Shown here: positions 1 through 10,520 of the stretch, piece after piece
How the letters are laid out: every line of letters starts with the position of its first letter
Numbering within the stretch: position 1 is the first letter of the stretch
DNA from: Armatimonadota bacterium
Lineage (GTDB): Bacteria; Armatimonadota; HRBIN16
Assembly: GCA_963677485.1 (NCBI GenBank)
Contig: OY781964.1
Span: 608,001 to 672,000, forward strand
Reading direction: 5' to 3'
DNA: 64,000 bases
The notes under the pieces: generated by a model
The model's input: only the letters and a program-made list of their open reading frames with translations
The model's database searches: none
Told to the model about the DNA's origin: nothing
Position numbers and translations under genes: made by a program

Positions 1-2244
1 ACTGGATTCGAGATACTCCCGGCGCCACAGGGTACGAACGCGCAATACTACGGGTTCAACATCACCAACTGCGCCACCGCACTCTCCGTCGTGGATGCGC
101 TCTACCTGGGGATCATGTTCACCGAGAGCACTTTACATGGTGACGACTATGGTGTACTTACCGATCCAAGTTTCACATCAAAGCTCATGTTTCATTCGTG
201 CAGCATCAAAGGCGCGATGAGCTCAGTGTTGTTTAATGGCAGGTCAGGATCGGCCACGCTCTTCCAGGGCTGCACTTTCGAAGGCACCTATACGCAGAGC
301 ATTGGCGACCTCTCCCTTCTGGGATGCACATTCAAATCGCAGGCTGAGCATATCGTGCTGGGAGCCGGTGTCAATGCGGCCACGATCGCTGGCTCCAGCT
401 TCACGGCTGCCCCACAAATCGTGATCCACAGCACCTCCAAGGCGGTCAAAATCAGCGACCAGCCAGTGAAGAAGTCTGCCATTCCGAAATACTCGCTGCC
501 TGAGGGCCGGGGATTCAAGCCCGCCAGACGCACTCTGTTGGTGGTCACCGACAAACCATATGGGGCCCAAAGGAACAAACTGCATGACGACACGCAGGCC
601 ATCCAAAAGGCACTCAACGATGCCGCAAAAGGCGGCGGTATCGTGTTCTGCCCTGGCGGGGAGTATGCCATCCGAGGCCAACTGACCATCCCCTCCGGTG
701 TAGAGCTGCGTGGCATATATGATGTGCCGCATCATACTATTGGCAAAGGCAGCACGTTCCGCCTCTATACCGGACGGAATGATGCCTCAGCGGCACCCGC
801 GATCATCATGAAGCGGCAAAGCAGCCTGCGTGGGATGACGTTCATCTATCCTGAGCAAAAACACGAATCGCTTGTGCCCTACTCTCCCATGGTGCAAGGT
901 CAGGGTGACGGCATCTCCATCGTGAACACCACCGCCATGAACCCCTGGTATATGCTCGACTTCAAAAGCTACAAATGCGACCGGCATTTCATCGATTACC
1001 CTGCCGGTGCCCCGTTGAGAGTTGGTATTGCTGTCGGTGCAGGATGTGTTGGCGGTGAGATACTGAACACGCAATTTAACCCGCACTACTGGAACAGGGC
1101 ACCATTCCCAGATTGCCCTGGCGGTCCGATTGAGCTGTCGATCAATGATGTCTGGATATATTCCAAAGAGAATCTGGAGGCGTTCGTTCTTGGTTACGCG
1201 GTGGGCGAGAAGATGTTCCAGAACTTCGTATTTGGATCCAAAAACGGGCTGCATTGCATCTCGGAGAACGGCCGTGGTGCCTCTGGCGTGGTATTCGGGC
1301 ATGGTGTTGATGGCTCCAAAGTGGGGGCCGCCTTTGACGGTCTCAGCCCGGCCGGAATCGACCTGATCAACCCTGAGTTCGCCTGCTTCATGACCACCGA
1401 ATCGGCCTATGTATCATGCGGAGAACAGCTCCACTCACAAGCCAGGCTGTATAACTCGATGCTTTGGGGCAGTCCTGACCACTCCGCCATGGTCAAAGCT
1501 GGGGCGCTGTTGTTTGAGCTGGCCCATTTCTGGAACTACTCTGGTTTTGTAGCGGACAAGGGCACACTGGCGCTCACTAACACATATCTCAGCAACAACG
1601 CCATCGGTGAAGATGAACTGGCGGTCCGCAACGGTGGTCACGTGGCATTAACTGGCAACAACACCGCTTTCGGAATGGCGTATAACCCGGATGCCCCCGC
1701 CACGTCCGTGACCGAACAGTTCGAAGTCCAGCGAAACCAGCCCATTCCCAGAAACGCCAGGGAGATATCTGTCACGCTCACCAACCCCCAACTGAAGTCT
1801 GGTCTGTCACTGCGTGAATCGGACGCCGAAACGACCACCAAAGCGGTCATGAAGGACGGTCGACCGGCCTGGGCCAGCACGATGATTCCCGCCCACGCCA
1901 AGGGGGCATACATGATGTACATCTCAGTGGAGTATCCTGGCTTCAAATCGGGCAAGGTGCCCGCCGTGAAGCTCACCGTGGACTACTTCGATGAGGGCAC
2001 TGGCGATTTCCGCATCGTCTATGACTCCAGTGATGAATCGGTGCTGGTAGTGAAGCAGTCTCCTGGGGCTTGGAAGCAAGCGACCACCTTCCCTCTGACA
2101 AACAGCGGCAAATGGAAAAGCATCGAGTGCATCATCCGTGATGCGAAGTTCGCAGGCCGATGCAACGGCGGCGACTTGCGGTTCGAGATCACCTCGGGGG
2201 ATGTCCAACCCGCCATCGGGCTGGTGAAGCTGACAAAGCTGTGA
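1..2244 (+). CDS. Beta-helix glycoside hydrolase-like protein (Pectate_lyase_3/GH55-like) with C-terminal CBM-like domain; 5'-truncated by window
   Basis: Frame is open from base 1; motif YGAxxxxxxDDTQAIQKALNDAAKGGGIVFCPGGEY is typical of Pectate_lyase_3-type domains. Confidence 0.75.
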   Translation, partial: TGFEILPAPQGTNAQYYGFNITNCATALSVVDALYLGIMFTESTLHGDDYGVLTDPSFTSKLMFHSCSIKGAMSSVLFNGRSGSATLFQGCTFEGTYTQSIGDLSLLGCTFKSQAEHIVLGAGVNAATIAGSSFTAAPQIVIHSTSKAVKISDQPVKKSAIPKYSLPEGRGFKPARRTLLVVTDKPYGAQRNKLHDDTQAIQKALNDAAKGGGIVFCPGGEYAIRGQLTIPSGVELRGIYDVPHHTIGKGSTFRLYTGRNDASAAPAIIMKRQSSLRGMTFIYPEQKHESLVPYSPMVQGQGDGISIVNTTAMNPWYMLDFKSYKCDRHFIDYPAGAPLRVGIAVGAGCVGGEILNTQFNPHYWNRAPFPDCPGGPIELSINDVWIYSKENLEAFVLGYAVGEKMFQNFVFGSKNGLHCISENGRGASGVVFGHGVDGSKVGAAFDGLSPAGIDLINPEFACFMTTESAYVSCGEQLHSQARLYNSMLWGSPDHSAMVKAGALLFELAHFWNYSGFVADKGTLALTNTYLSNNAIGEDELAVRNGGHVALTGNNTAFGMAYNPDAPATSVTEQFEVQRNQPIPRNAREISVTLTNPQLKSGLSLRESDAETTTKAVMKDGRPAWASTMIPAHAKGAYMMYISVEYPGFKSGKVPAVKLTVDYFDEGTGDFRIVYDSSDESVLVVKQSPGAWKQATTFPLTNSGKWKSIECIIRDAKFAGRCNGGDLRFEITSGDVQPAIGLVKLTKL

Positions 2245-2245
2245 G

Positions 2246-2330
2246 GGCGGTAGGGGCATGGCGTGCCGTGCCCGCATTTCCGTATCATGTCTGGCTGGGA
2301 TTGGGCACGGCACGCCATGCCCCTACCGCC
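2246..2330. repeat. GTAG-type REP/REPIN-like inverted repeat
   Basis: Perfect 28-bp inverted repeat GGCGGTAGGGGCATGGCGTGCCGTGCCC (2246-2273 / 2303-2330). Confidence 0.85.
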
Positions 2331-2422
2331 TCCTCCGCCTCCCCCGTTTGACAGCATCGCCCCCTGCCAGTTATAATACTTTGAGAGGGCTACTCGCCCG
2401 GCCCCTTTCTACGGAGGTCGCT

Positions 2423-3994
2423 ATGGGGGAATCCCAAAAATCCATCATCGTCATCGGTTCTGGTCCCATCCGAATAGGACAAGGAATCGAGTTTGACTAC
2501 TGCACCGTTCACTGTGTATGGGCTATTCAAGAGGCCGGTTATAAGGCCATCGTTATAAATAACAACCCCGAAACTGTTTCTACCGACTTTGATACCTCTG
2601 ACACCCTCTATTTTGATCCCTTGACCTTCGAAGATGTGATGAACATCATCGAGCAGGAGAACGCTGAGGGCGTCATGGTGCAGTTTGGTGGACAGACTGC
2701 CATCAACCTGGCTGCGCAGCTAGATGAAGCCGGCGTAAAGATATTCGGCACCCCGTCAAGTGCCATTGATAACGCAGAAGACCGTGATCTGTTCGAGCGC
2801 ATTCTCAACGAGCTTGAGATTCCTAAACCACCAGGCCGAGGCGTCATATCCGCTGACCAGGCGGTCGTGGTTGCCGAAGAGATCGGATATCCCGTGCTGG
2901 TTCGCCCCTCATTCGTGCTGGGCGGCCGGGCCATGGAGATCATCTACAACGAAGCGGAGCTGCACCACTACATGCGTTATGTGGTGGAGGTTTCGCCGAA
3001 AGCACCGATCCTGGTTGACAAATATATCACAGGCGGCGAATCGGAAGTGGATGTCATCTGTGACGGCGAAGTCTGCGTGCTTCCTGGCATCATGGAGCAC
3101 ATTGAGCGCGCTGGTGTACACTCGGGTGACAGCATGGCGGTCTACCCGCCCCAAACGCTGTCTCAAAATCTGCAAAACCAGATCGTGGATATTGCCACAC
3201 GACTGTCGCTCAGACTAGGCATCCGCGGCATCATGAACATCCAATATGTCACCGCGGACGACACCGCTTTTGTTCTGGAAGCCAACCCACGCGCCAGCCG
3301 CACCGTGCCTTACCTCAGCAAGATCACCAACATCCCGATGGTCAAGCTGGCTACTCAGGCGGCTATGGGCGTCAAACTGCGTGATCTGGGCTACGAAGGC
3401 GGATTGGCCAAGCCGACCCCGCTGATCGCCGTGAAGGCACCTGTGTTCTCGTTCCTGAAACTCACCAAGGTTGACCCCACACTCGGGCCCGAGATGAAGT
3501 CCACCGGTGAGATCATGGGCATCGACACAGACTACGGCCGCGCGCTCTATAAAGCGATGGTGGCTGCTGGTATCAACTGTCCGTCTAAGGGCAGCGTGTT
3601 GTTCACCGTAGCCGACAACGACAAGGAAGAAGCGCTTCCCATCGTGGCCGGGTTCGTGAAGCGCGGCTTTAAGGTCTACGCCACCGGCGGCACCTGGGCT
3701 TATCTACACGAGCGCGGTATCGAAGCCACAAAGGTGGCCAAACTACACGAAGGTTCACCCAACCCGGTGGAGCTGATCGAGAGCAAGCAGGTTGATCTGC
3801 TGATCAACACACTCACCCGCGACCGTCAGATCGAGCTGGAAGCCCGCCAAATCCGCCGTGCCAGTATTGAGATGGGTATCCCCTGCCTCACCAGCCTGGA
3901 CACAGCCAAGGCGCTCTTGACCGGTCTTGAGGCGTTTGACTGCGACCATGTCATCGGCGTTCATACCGTTGAAGAGTATGTGGCCGGCGTATAA
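2423..3994 (+). CDS. carB: Carbamoyl-phosphate synthase large subunit, C-terminal half only (second ATP-grasp + MGS domain)
   Basis: Starts at IIVIGSGPIRIGQGIEFDYC; also RPSFVLGGRAM, EHIERAGVHSGDS, LGPEMKSTGE and MGS domain; RBS GGAGG before ATG 2423. Confidence 0.92.
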   Translation: MGESQKSIIVIGSGPIRIGQGIEFDYCTVHCVWAIQEAGYKAIVINNNPETVSTDFDTSDTLYFDPLTFEDVMNIIEQENAEGVMVQFGGQTAINLAAQLDEAGVKIFGTPSSAIDNAEDRDLFERILNELEIPKPPGRGVISADQAVVVAEEIGYPVLVRPSFVLGGRAMEIIYNEAELHHYMRYVVEVSPKAPILVDKYITGGESEVDVICDGEVCVLPGIMEHIERAGVHSGDSMAVYPPQTLSQNLQNQIVDIATRLSLRLGIRGIMNIQYVTADDTAFVLEANPRASRTVPYLSKITNIPMVKLATQAAMGVKLRDLGYEGGLAKPTPLIAVKAPVFSFLKLTKVDPTLGPEMKSTGEIMGIDTDYGRALYKAMVAAGINCPSKGSVLFTVADNDKEEALPIVAGFVKRGFKVYATGGTWAYLHERGIEATKVAKLHEGSPNPVELIESKQVDLLINTLTRDRQIELEARQIRRASIEMGIPCLTSLDTAKALLTGLEAFDCDHVIGVHTVEEYVAGV

Positions 3995-4013
3995 CAGCGC
4001 AGTGTGCTTAGCC

Positions 4014-4050
4014 GAAATCACCGCGGTGGCCTCCACCGCGGTGATTTTTT
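4014..4050 (+). terminator. Intrinsic terminator
   Basis: AAATCACCGCGGTGG-cct-CCACCGCGGTGATTTTTT. Confidence 0.85.
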
Positions 4051-4160
4051 GTAACCATCCAGCCATTGGCGACGGGTTCCATTTGTTACTGCTCAGCCAT
4101 CAGTAGATATTGCCAAGTAACTGTTCTGCCGTAGGTGCACCGCTTTCAGGCATCCCTACG

Positions 4161-4389
4161 GGCACCCACGAAGTGGGTAGCAGTTCTTATAGCCAGGGGT
4201 GAGCGAAGCGATACCCCTGGAAAGCGACGCATCGTTCCTACCCCGAAGTGGGTCGCACCTATTCTTGGCAGCCGATTCACCAGGGAATCGAAGCCGACCC
4301 ACTTCGGGGTAGATGCTTATGGCCATCTTCCACGGGTTGCGCTGGCGCTTACCCGTGGCTATAAGAATCCTACCCACTTCGTGGGTGCC
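4161..4389. repeat. Nested palindromic intergenic element (REPIN / IS200-IS605-associated type)
   Basis: 20-bp terminal IR GGCACCCACGAAGTGGGTAG; inner IRs TTCTTATAGCCA and CTACCCCGAAGTGGGTCG. Confidence 0.8.
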
Positions 4390-4500
4390 GGAAGCTACAT
4401 CCACATGACCGTGAATTAATGCCTACACATCGCCAGTGGCTGAGTAGTTACTACTATTTTACTATGGGTTCAGGTCCAGGGCAGGCACGGGGGCCTGCCC

Positions 4501-7446
4501 CTACCGCACGGTCATCAAACGCGTTTGGCCTGCGCGGAACGGGATGGTGACTAGCTTGCCGGAGCCAGCCCAATCCGAATACAGGTCTTGCAGGCTTGCG
4601 GAGGCCGGCATCTGCACGGCTAAATCGCCGCTCACCGGTGAGGTGATGCTCAGCAACTGCTTCACTCGGCGCACCTGACAGCCGACCGGCGCATATATAT
4701 GAACGCCAGCCTCGGACATCCATCCCCGCAGCAGCTCCGCATCGATCGGTGGCACGCCGACCCAAGTCAGTCGACCGCCGCCAGGGAGCCGTCGCGCGCA
4801 GCTAGCCGATACGCCGTCGGCATAAACCAGCGAACCCTCGCCTTGGCACTCCATCCGTGGACGCACCATCGGCACCGAGGCCACGGCTTTGCCATCGGCA
4901 CGCAGCCGAAGGCCCACGGTTCGGGCCACATCGGCCCCCACGCTGACCGGCAGCCCAAGAATCCCCGCCATCCGCTGAGGTACCCAGTGTCCAGTGCGGG
5001 CATCGACCAGCCCGATCGGCCCCACCGCAAGCACATGCATGCCAGGTCGTTTGAGCAGAGTCATGACGCCCTTCAAACTCGCATCGTCGGCACACACCGC
5101 ACTCGCCAACACAACCAGTTTGGTTCGCCTGGGCAGCCGTGCCGCGTCTGACAGCAGCCACACGTCCACAGGCGCACCGCAGCGTTGGATCTCTATCAAC
5201 AGCCTCTTGTGGCACGCCCCCCACCACCCCGTGTCGATCACGCTCTGGCTAAAGCTGCGGTCATCCACCACGAACGCCACTTCCGCCATCGGTGTGCGGT
5301 CCAACTCACGGCAGTGCCGATTCACCGCGGCTAGTTTGCCGAACTCATCCAGCAGGATGCTGTCGTGGTGCCAACTGCTCATCAGGCTGAACTTGTGCTC
5401 TGCAAACGCCTGGATGGCGGTCATCGCACCTACCCGCTGATGCATATCGATCGCCCCCTGCCGGGGGTTCGACGCATCATATGGCTGATGCCACAGCCCC
5501 GGGTGCAGCCAGCTAAACAGGTCGTTCTCCATCAACATCAGCTTGCCAGAGGCGGCCACACTGGCGTCGGCGGTGCCAGTGGTGATGGCCCCGTCCAGAT
5601 ACCCACGGCCATCCAATAAGGGCACACCGGCGATGATGTCGATATCCTCACTCTTCAACAGCTTCTGCAAACCGAAATGGCCAGAGGTGCTCTGCCGGCT
5701 CTCGCCGGTCAACTGGATGACATAGCCCTCAAACGCACCTGTCAGCGAACGCCCTTTACTAAACTTCTTGACCGCTTTCGCGAACTTCAGCACCACATCG
5801 GAGGTCAGGTCGCTGATAAACTGCGAGGTGGCGGCCACCCAGCGGCCATCAGTGCTGTCGGGCTGGAAGTCCATGCCGGTGGTGCGCCTGAGCTCCGGCG
5901 TGGCGATCTGATCGGGCAGCTCGTTCAGGCCGCGCTCTCGCTTCCATTCATACCAGGCGGTTTGGAAGGGCTGGCTGTAATCCGCCAAGCCGTTGTCGTT
6001 GCTGCCCCAGGCGAACCACTCTTCGGTCACCTCGGCGCACAGGAAGAAGCCCACCACTCGGTCAGCCCAGGGCATGCGGTCGCAGCTCTCGATGAACTGC
6101 TTGAACCACTCCATCTGGTCATGCAGCCAACTCTGGCTGGCGATGGAGACCGCCGATGTGCTGGTCTCCTCCCAGTTCACTATCTCGCCGTTGATCTCCA
6201 CTATCGCCCGCTGGTCCAGATGCTGCTGCACCCACCAGGCGGGAGGTGTCAGCGAGCATCGGAACAGGATGTGAGCCTGTGGGTTGCTCTGCAGCGAATA
6301 GCCGACCCGCTCATGAACCTGCGCGAAATCCATCTGACCAGGTGCCGGCACGGTGGGATTGGCCACGTGATGCAGGTGCGCCCCCACGCTCACTGGTATG
6401 AAGAACAGCCCATGACCGCGTTCACCGAACTGGCGCACCGGCCCCGGTTGGTAGTCGTATGACGAGTAGGCCTGCCAGTGAATCGGCTGACCATTGGCAT
6501 ACACCCAGGGACGTCCGCCCAACTGCTTCCGCTGGCATTTGGCCAGACCCGGTTTGCGGTTGTTCTCGATCTGCACCATCATTGTCAAGCCTGGCAGCCA
6601 GTATCCACCCTTCGTGAGTGTGACCTCGGCGGTTCCCTCAGGGAGCCAGGCGGGCGGAGTGAGCGTGATCTGCTCACCGTGATGAAGCTGCATCACCTGC
6701 TCAGCAGACAGGGTTTGTCTCCAATAGACACACCCGACGTGGCACCACTCCATCTCCATCGGCTCGGACACCGGTACTGTGGCGAACTCCACCCCGAACA
6801 GCCACGGCTGCCCGGCCTTCACCCTTGGTGCGGCTCGCCAGGTCTTGACGGCAGGAGCGGAGGCAGACGGTGAGACCACCTGCAGGTCACTGCAATCTAT
6901 CTTGTAGTCATCACCCACATCGCTGCCGGGTATCAGCAAAGTCATCCCTGACAGCGGACAGACCACATCCACCGGTTGCAAGTTACTCGCCAGGCGCAGC
7001 TTGTCCCAGTCGAACTGCACCATCGTGCTCTGGCCTGGGTCGACGCTGTAGCTTTGATCGAACCGCAGGTTCTTGCCCGTAAACACGGGCTTGTTCTCCC
7101 AAGCCATCTCGTTCAGTTCCATCATCAAGTGGATGGGCTTCGCACTGCGGTTGGTTACGCGGAAAGTGATGTGTGAGAAAGCGTGGCGTATGAACGGACC
7201 CCGGAGTGAAAGCGACGGCAGCACCAGGCTCGATAGTGTGAACTGCAGCCGGGTGTAGGACAGCAACCCCTTGTGATCCGTGGTGATGCTGAGATTTGAA
7301 TACTGTTTGGACCGCAAAGCCAGCGGAGTGCCGAAGGTACAGCCGATTCCCGTCTCGAAGCACTGCCACTTCTGCACCGGGGCATTGGCAAACGCCTCAT
7401 CTGGATAGTGGGGATAGGTGAGGGTGAAGGGCTGTGGGTCGCTCAT
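4501..7446 (-). CDS. Large glycoside hydrolase, GH42/beta-galactosidase-like (paralogue 1)
   Basis: 981-aa ORF; TIM-barrel-like core (AEVTEEWFAWG, SGHFG, MENDL) and trimerisation-like AEVAFVVDDRS; RBS AGGAG. Confidence 0.65.
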   Translation of the reverse strand: MSDPQPFTLTYPHYPDEAFANAPVQKWQCFETGIGCTFGTPLALRSKQYSNLSITTDHKGLLSYTRLQFTLSSLVLPSLSLRGPFIRHAFSHITFRVTNRSAKPIHLMMELNEMAWENKPVFTGKNLRFDQSYSVDPGQSTMVQFDWDKLRLASNLQPVDVVCPLSGMTLLIPGSDVGDDYKIDCSDLQVVSPSASAPAVKTWRAAPRVKAGQPWLFGVEFATVPVSEPMEMEWCHVGCVYWRQTLSAEQVMQLHHGEQITLTPPAWLPEGTAEVTLTKGGYWLPGLTMMVQIENNRKPGLAKCQRKQLGGRPWVYANGQPIHWQAYSSYDYQPGPVRQFGERGHGLFFIPVSVGAHLHHVANPTVPAPGQMDFAQVHERVGYSLQSNPQAHILFRCSLTPPAWWVQQHLDQRAIVEINGEIVNWEETSTSAVSIASQSWLHDQMEWFKQFIESCDRMPWADRVVGFFLCAEVTEEWFAWGSNDNGLADYSQPFQTAWYEWKRERGLNELPDQIATPELRRTTGMDFQPDSTDGRWVAATSQFISDLTSDVVLKFAKAVKKFSKGRSLTGAFEGYVIQLTGESRQSTSGHFGLQKLLKSEDIDIIAGVPLLDGRGYLDGAITTGTADASVAASGKLMLMENDLFSWLHPGLWHQPYDASNPRQGAIDMHQRVGAMTAIQAFAEHKFSLMSSWHHDSILLDEFGKLAAVNRHCRELDRTPMAEVAFVVDDRSFSQSVIDTGWWGACHKRLLIEIQRCGAPVDVWLLSDAARLPRRTKLVVLASAVCADDASLKGVMTLLKRPGMHVLAVGPIGLVDARTGHWVPQRMAGILGLPVSVGADVARTVGLRLRADGKAVASVPMVRPRMECQGEGSLVYADGVSASCARRLPGGGRLTWVGVPPIDAELLRGWMSEAGVHIYAPVGCQVRRVKQLLSITSPVSGDLAVQMPASASLQDLYSDWAGSGKLVTIPFRAGQTRLMTVR

Positions 7447-7598
7447 TTGGAACTCTCCTTGCTGAGGGCCTGTCGAAACAACAGCTTAACCGGCGCATCT
7501 ACTGCGCACTACGCTCATTTTGCGCTATATGCATGCGGGATATAATGATATTCGCTAATACTATGTCATACAGCATATGATGCCATAAAGGAAACAAC

Positions 7599-8108
7599 AT
7601 GCCCAACATCACCATCCGACCAGAAACGGTAGTCGATGTAACCGCAATCAGTCTGCTGTTGTTGGAAGCCTTCGCCACCCACCCGCACAGCAACCAGACG
7701 GAACATCGGCTGGTTGAGGAGCTGCGCCGGGTTAACGCACTCGACATTTCGCTGGTCGCGGTGTGCGGTGATCAGGTGGTCGGGCATATCGGGTTTTCGA
7801 AAGTCACTATCAACGGCTTGTGGTGCGGTTGGTATGGGCTGGCCCCTCTGGCGGTTCTGCCGCGGTATCATCGTCAAGGCATCGGAAGCCAGTTGATGCA
7901 TGAAGGGATACAGCAGCTTAAGACTCTGGATGCCATAGGCTGCGTGCTGGTCGGCGACCCGAACTACTACCAGCGGTTTGGCTTTGCACCCGACCCAGCA
8001 TTGACGCTCGATGGAGTGCCGCCTGAGGTTTTCCTGTCGCTGCCCCTCTGTTCAGAACCCGCCAAGGGTAAGGTGGAGTTCCATAAGGCGTTCGATGTGT
8101 GCGGATAA
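7599..8108 (+). CDS. GNAT N-acetyltransferase, YhbS-like
   Basis: LAPLAVLPRYHRQGIGSQLM and LVGDPNYYQRFGF motifs. Confidence 0.9.
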   Translation: MPNITIRPETVVDVTAISLLLLEAFATHPHSNQTEHRLVEELRRVNALDISLVAVCGDQVVGHIGFSKVTINGLWCGWYGLAPLAVLPRYHRQGIGSQLMHEGIQQLKTLDAIGCVLVGDPNYYQRFGFAPDPALTLDGVPPEVFLSLPLCSEPAKGKVEFHKAFDVCG

Positions 8109-8191
8109 AAAACAGCCACGGGTTGGAACGGCAGTTCAGACTGTAACTGATGATGTCGTAGAGGCATCCTGACCAGTTTCCGTCAAGCGTT

Positions 8192-8360
8192 GCCTATGTC
8201 CGGGGCGGTCTGTGCGCAGGTTAGCGGATGCAGAAGGCTCGAGACCGCGCCGGTCTGGCGGATAGCCACAAAAGATATGTGTCAGGATCAAGACCGGCGC
8301 GGTCTATAGACGGTGGCCTCCGAAGGCGTACTGACAGACCGCCCCGGACATAGCCAACCA
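8192..8360. repeat. ~169-bp palindromic element, copy 1
   Basis: Outer IR CTATGTCCGGGGCGGTCTGT / ACAGACCGCCCCGGACATAG; inner IR AGACCGCGCCGGTCT / AGACCGGCGCGGTCT; near-identical to 10521-10688. Confidence 0.9.
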
Positions 8361-8541
8361 AGTTACTGATACGTGAAGCCTGTCGTTCCAGGCTGGATAG
8401 TTCCGTTATGATCATAATATCTATTCACCGCATCACTGTTATCTATAACTAACCACTGAAATACAAAACAGCTTTGTCGGTCATCTGCCATAAGGCGCCT
8501 GTATACTAAGATCAGGTTCATACCCAAGGAGATACCAATTC

Positions 8542-10467
8542 ATGAATAAAACTGATAAAGCATTATCGCTGACGGTGTCAGCATTGATGGGACTAGCAGC
8601 ACCAGCATCTGCTGCGCAGGTCACCATATCGGGCACGGTGAGCCAGCCTGTGCGTATTATCTGCGCGAAATCACCAGATACGGTGGAGGTGGCGCAATAT
8701 CTGTGCGAGTTCCTCAAGACTCGGCATTGTGCGGTGACCTTGGCTGTGAACGGCCGGCTGGACATAGCAACACCATCAGCACAACTCGTTCTTGCCACCC
8801 CCGACAACTTGCGTGCCATGGCTCCTGGCGTATCAGCACCTGAGTTTGCGGCCAATGCCAGGGATGAAGCTTATCTGCTTGATGTAAAATCCGGGAATCC
8901 AGGACCCGTCATCGCGTTGGTAGGCAAGTCGGTAGCCGGTATCAGGTTTGCGTCATCTCGATTTATCTCCACTCTCGCCAACGACGGCAAGACGCTCAAG
9001 ATGTCTATCCGGCGTGAGCTAAACGACCCCTTTATCAACATTCGAGCGTTGATCATGGGCAACGCTGGTCGTCGACAGTGTCCTGAAGGCTCTCCCTTCA
9101 AAGATATCGACTTCGAGAGCTGGCCTGTTGAGAAGATAGAGGCTTACCCCGAGCTATTCAGGCAGTTTGGTTTCAACTGCATTCAAATCTCCGAAAACCG
9201 CGGATATGGCAGCCTTCGTGGTGAGACACTGAAGCGGACACAAAACGCCGTGGCGGCACTGGCGAGAGGCACTAAAGCACATAACATGCTGGTCTCATTC
9301 GACGCCTGGGGCGACTGTCCATTTAACGAAGGCGAGACCTACTCGTGGAACGATCCCGTGCAGCACCAGGTGCTGGTGGATTACATTGAAGAGATGGGCC
9401 GCAGGTACGGTTCATATGTGGATCACTACAATATCCACGTGGGCGACCCAGGTGGCTGCAGCCGAGATGGTTGTGACCCCTCCTACAAAACGCCTCAACA
9501 AATCGCAGCGGAATACCTGCGTGCGTTTCGAAAGCACAATCCCAAAGTCATGGGCGCACTCAGCACCTGGGCGAATGCCGGGTTCTGGATGCACAGCCCT
9601 CGGCCAGTTAGTTTTGCCAACTACCGTGAATACTTCGCCCTGACAAATCCGCCACACGCTGTGCCGATCGCAGACGGAGCAACCTTCCTGGATGAGGCTT
9701 TCATGCCTAAGGAGATCGGCATCACCCAACACCAACTCTATAATGACGATCAGGCTGATATGCTGGTTGAAGCCGGTCGTCCTGTTGATATCTGGTCATG
9801 GTATATCGGCGACATGGAGATGGTCAACAACCTCTACATCGCGATGCACCGCGTGGAGGAGTCCTACCGCAATATGCCCGATTCCGCACGCGACAAGATC
9901 CGCGTCCATACGGTTGAGATCACCTTCCACGGCTGGCCGCAGATCATCAACCAGTATTGTGCCGCCCAACTGATGTGGAATCCCAAACGCGATTTGATGG
10001 AGATCGAACGAGAGTTCTGTGCGGCCGCGTTTGGACCACAAAATGCGGAAGCCGTGTTGGAGCTATACCAGGTTTGCGAAAATGGTGTTCTCCACCCAAT
10101 TCCTCAACCGGCCGACTTCGCAACCTCTGAATACAACGCCAAGCTCAGGACGGTACTTGAACACTCCAAGTCGATCAAGTTCAGTAAGTCATGGGTCTCC
10201 AACTTCGCGTTCCCGGTGCCTCCGCAGAAGTTCGTAGATATGCTGGTCGCCAGACTGCAGCTGACCCTGGCGGTCTCAGAGGCCAAAGAGAAAGTGGATG
10301 CGGCCAAGAAGAACGGGCAGACTGTTGAACAGATCGCTCAGATAAAGAAGGACGCGCTCGAAACACTTCCGAAACTGCCGATTGATCCCATCTATGACCA
10401 AAGCGCAGCTACTATTGTCGATCCGTTCAAAGCACAGACTTTCGCTGAGATGATCGAGGCGTTGTAG
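8542..10467 (+). CDS. Secreted putative glycoside hydrolase (GH20/GH67-like N-terminal domain + TIM barrel)
   Basis: Signal peptide; DEAYLLDV...IALVGKSVAGIRFA...PFINIR pattern; RBS AGGAG. Confidence 0.55.
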   Translation: MNKTDKALSLTVSALMGLAAPASAAQVTISGTVSQPVRIICAKSPDTVEVAQYLCEFLKTRHCAVTLAVNGRLDIATPSAQLVLATPDNLRAMAPGVSAPEFAANARDEAYLLDVKSGNPGPVIALVGKSVAGIRFASSRFISTLANDGKTLKMSIRRELNDPFINIRALIMGNAGRRQCPEGSPFKDIDFESWPVEKIEAYPELFRQFGFNCIQISENRGYGSLRGETLKRTQNAVAALARGTKAHNMLVSFDAWGDCPFNEGETYSWNDPVQHQVLVDYIEEMGRRYGSYVDHYNIHVGDPGGCSRDGCDPSYKTPQQIAAEYLRAFRKHNPKVMGALSTWANAGFWMHSPRPVSFANYREYFALTNPPHAVPIADGATFLDEAFMPKEIGITQHQLYNDDQADMLVEAGRPVDIWSWYIGDMEMVNNLYIAMHRVEESYRNMPDSARDKIRVHTVEITFHGWPQIINQYCAAQLMWNPKRDLMEIEREFCAAAFGPQNAEAVLELYQVCENGVLHPIPQPADFATSEYNAKLRTVLEHSKSIKFSKSWVSNFAFPVPPQKFVDMLVARLQLTLAVSEAKEKVDAAKKNGQTVEQIAQIKKDALETLPKLPIDPIYDQSAATIVDPFKAQTFAEMIEAL

Positions 10468-10520
10468 ACGTAGAACCGCACCAGGCAGCTCAAGCCGTAA
10501 CTGATGCGGTCCCTTCAATC

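Noticed and set aside
2258-2422. N-terminal extension of carB given in the ORF track
   Set aside because: Runs through the REP palindrome; the RBS supports ATG 2423
4135-4419. ORFs 4135-4419 and 4156-4404
   Set aside because: Mirror-image ORFs produced by the palindromic element
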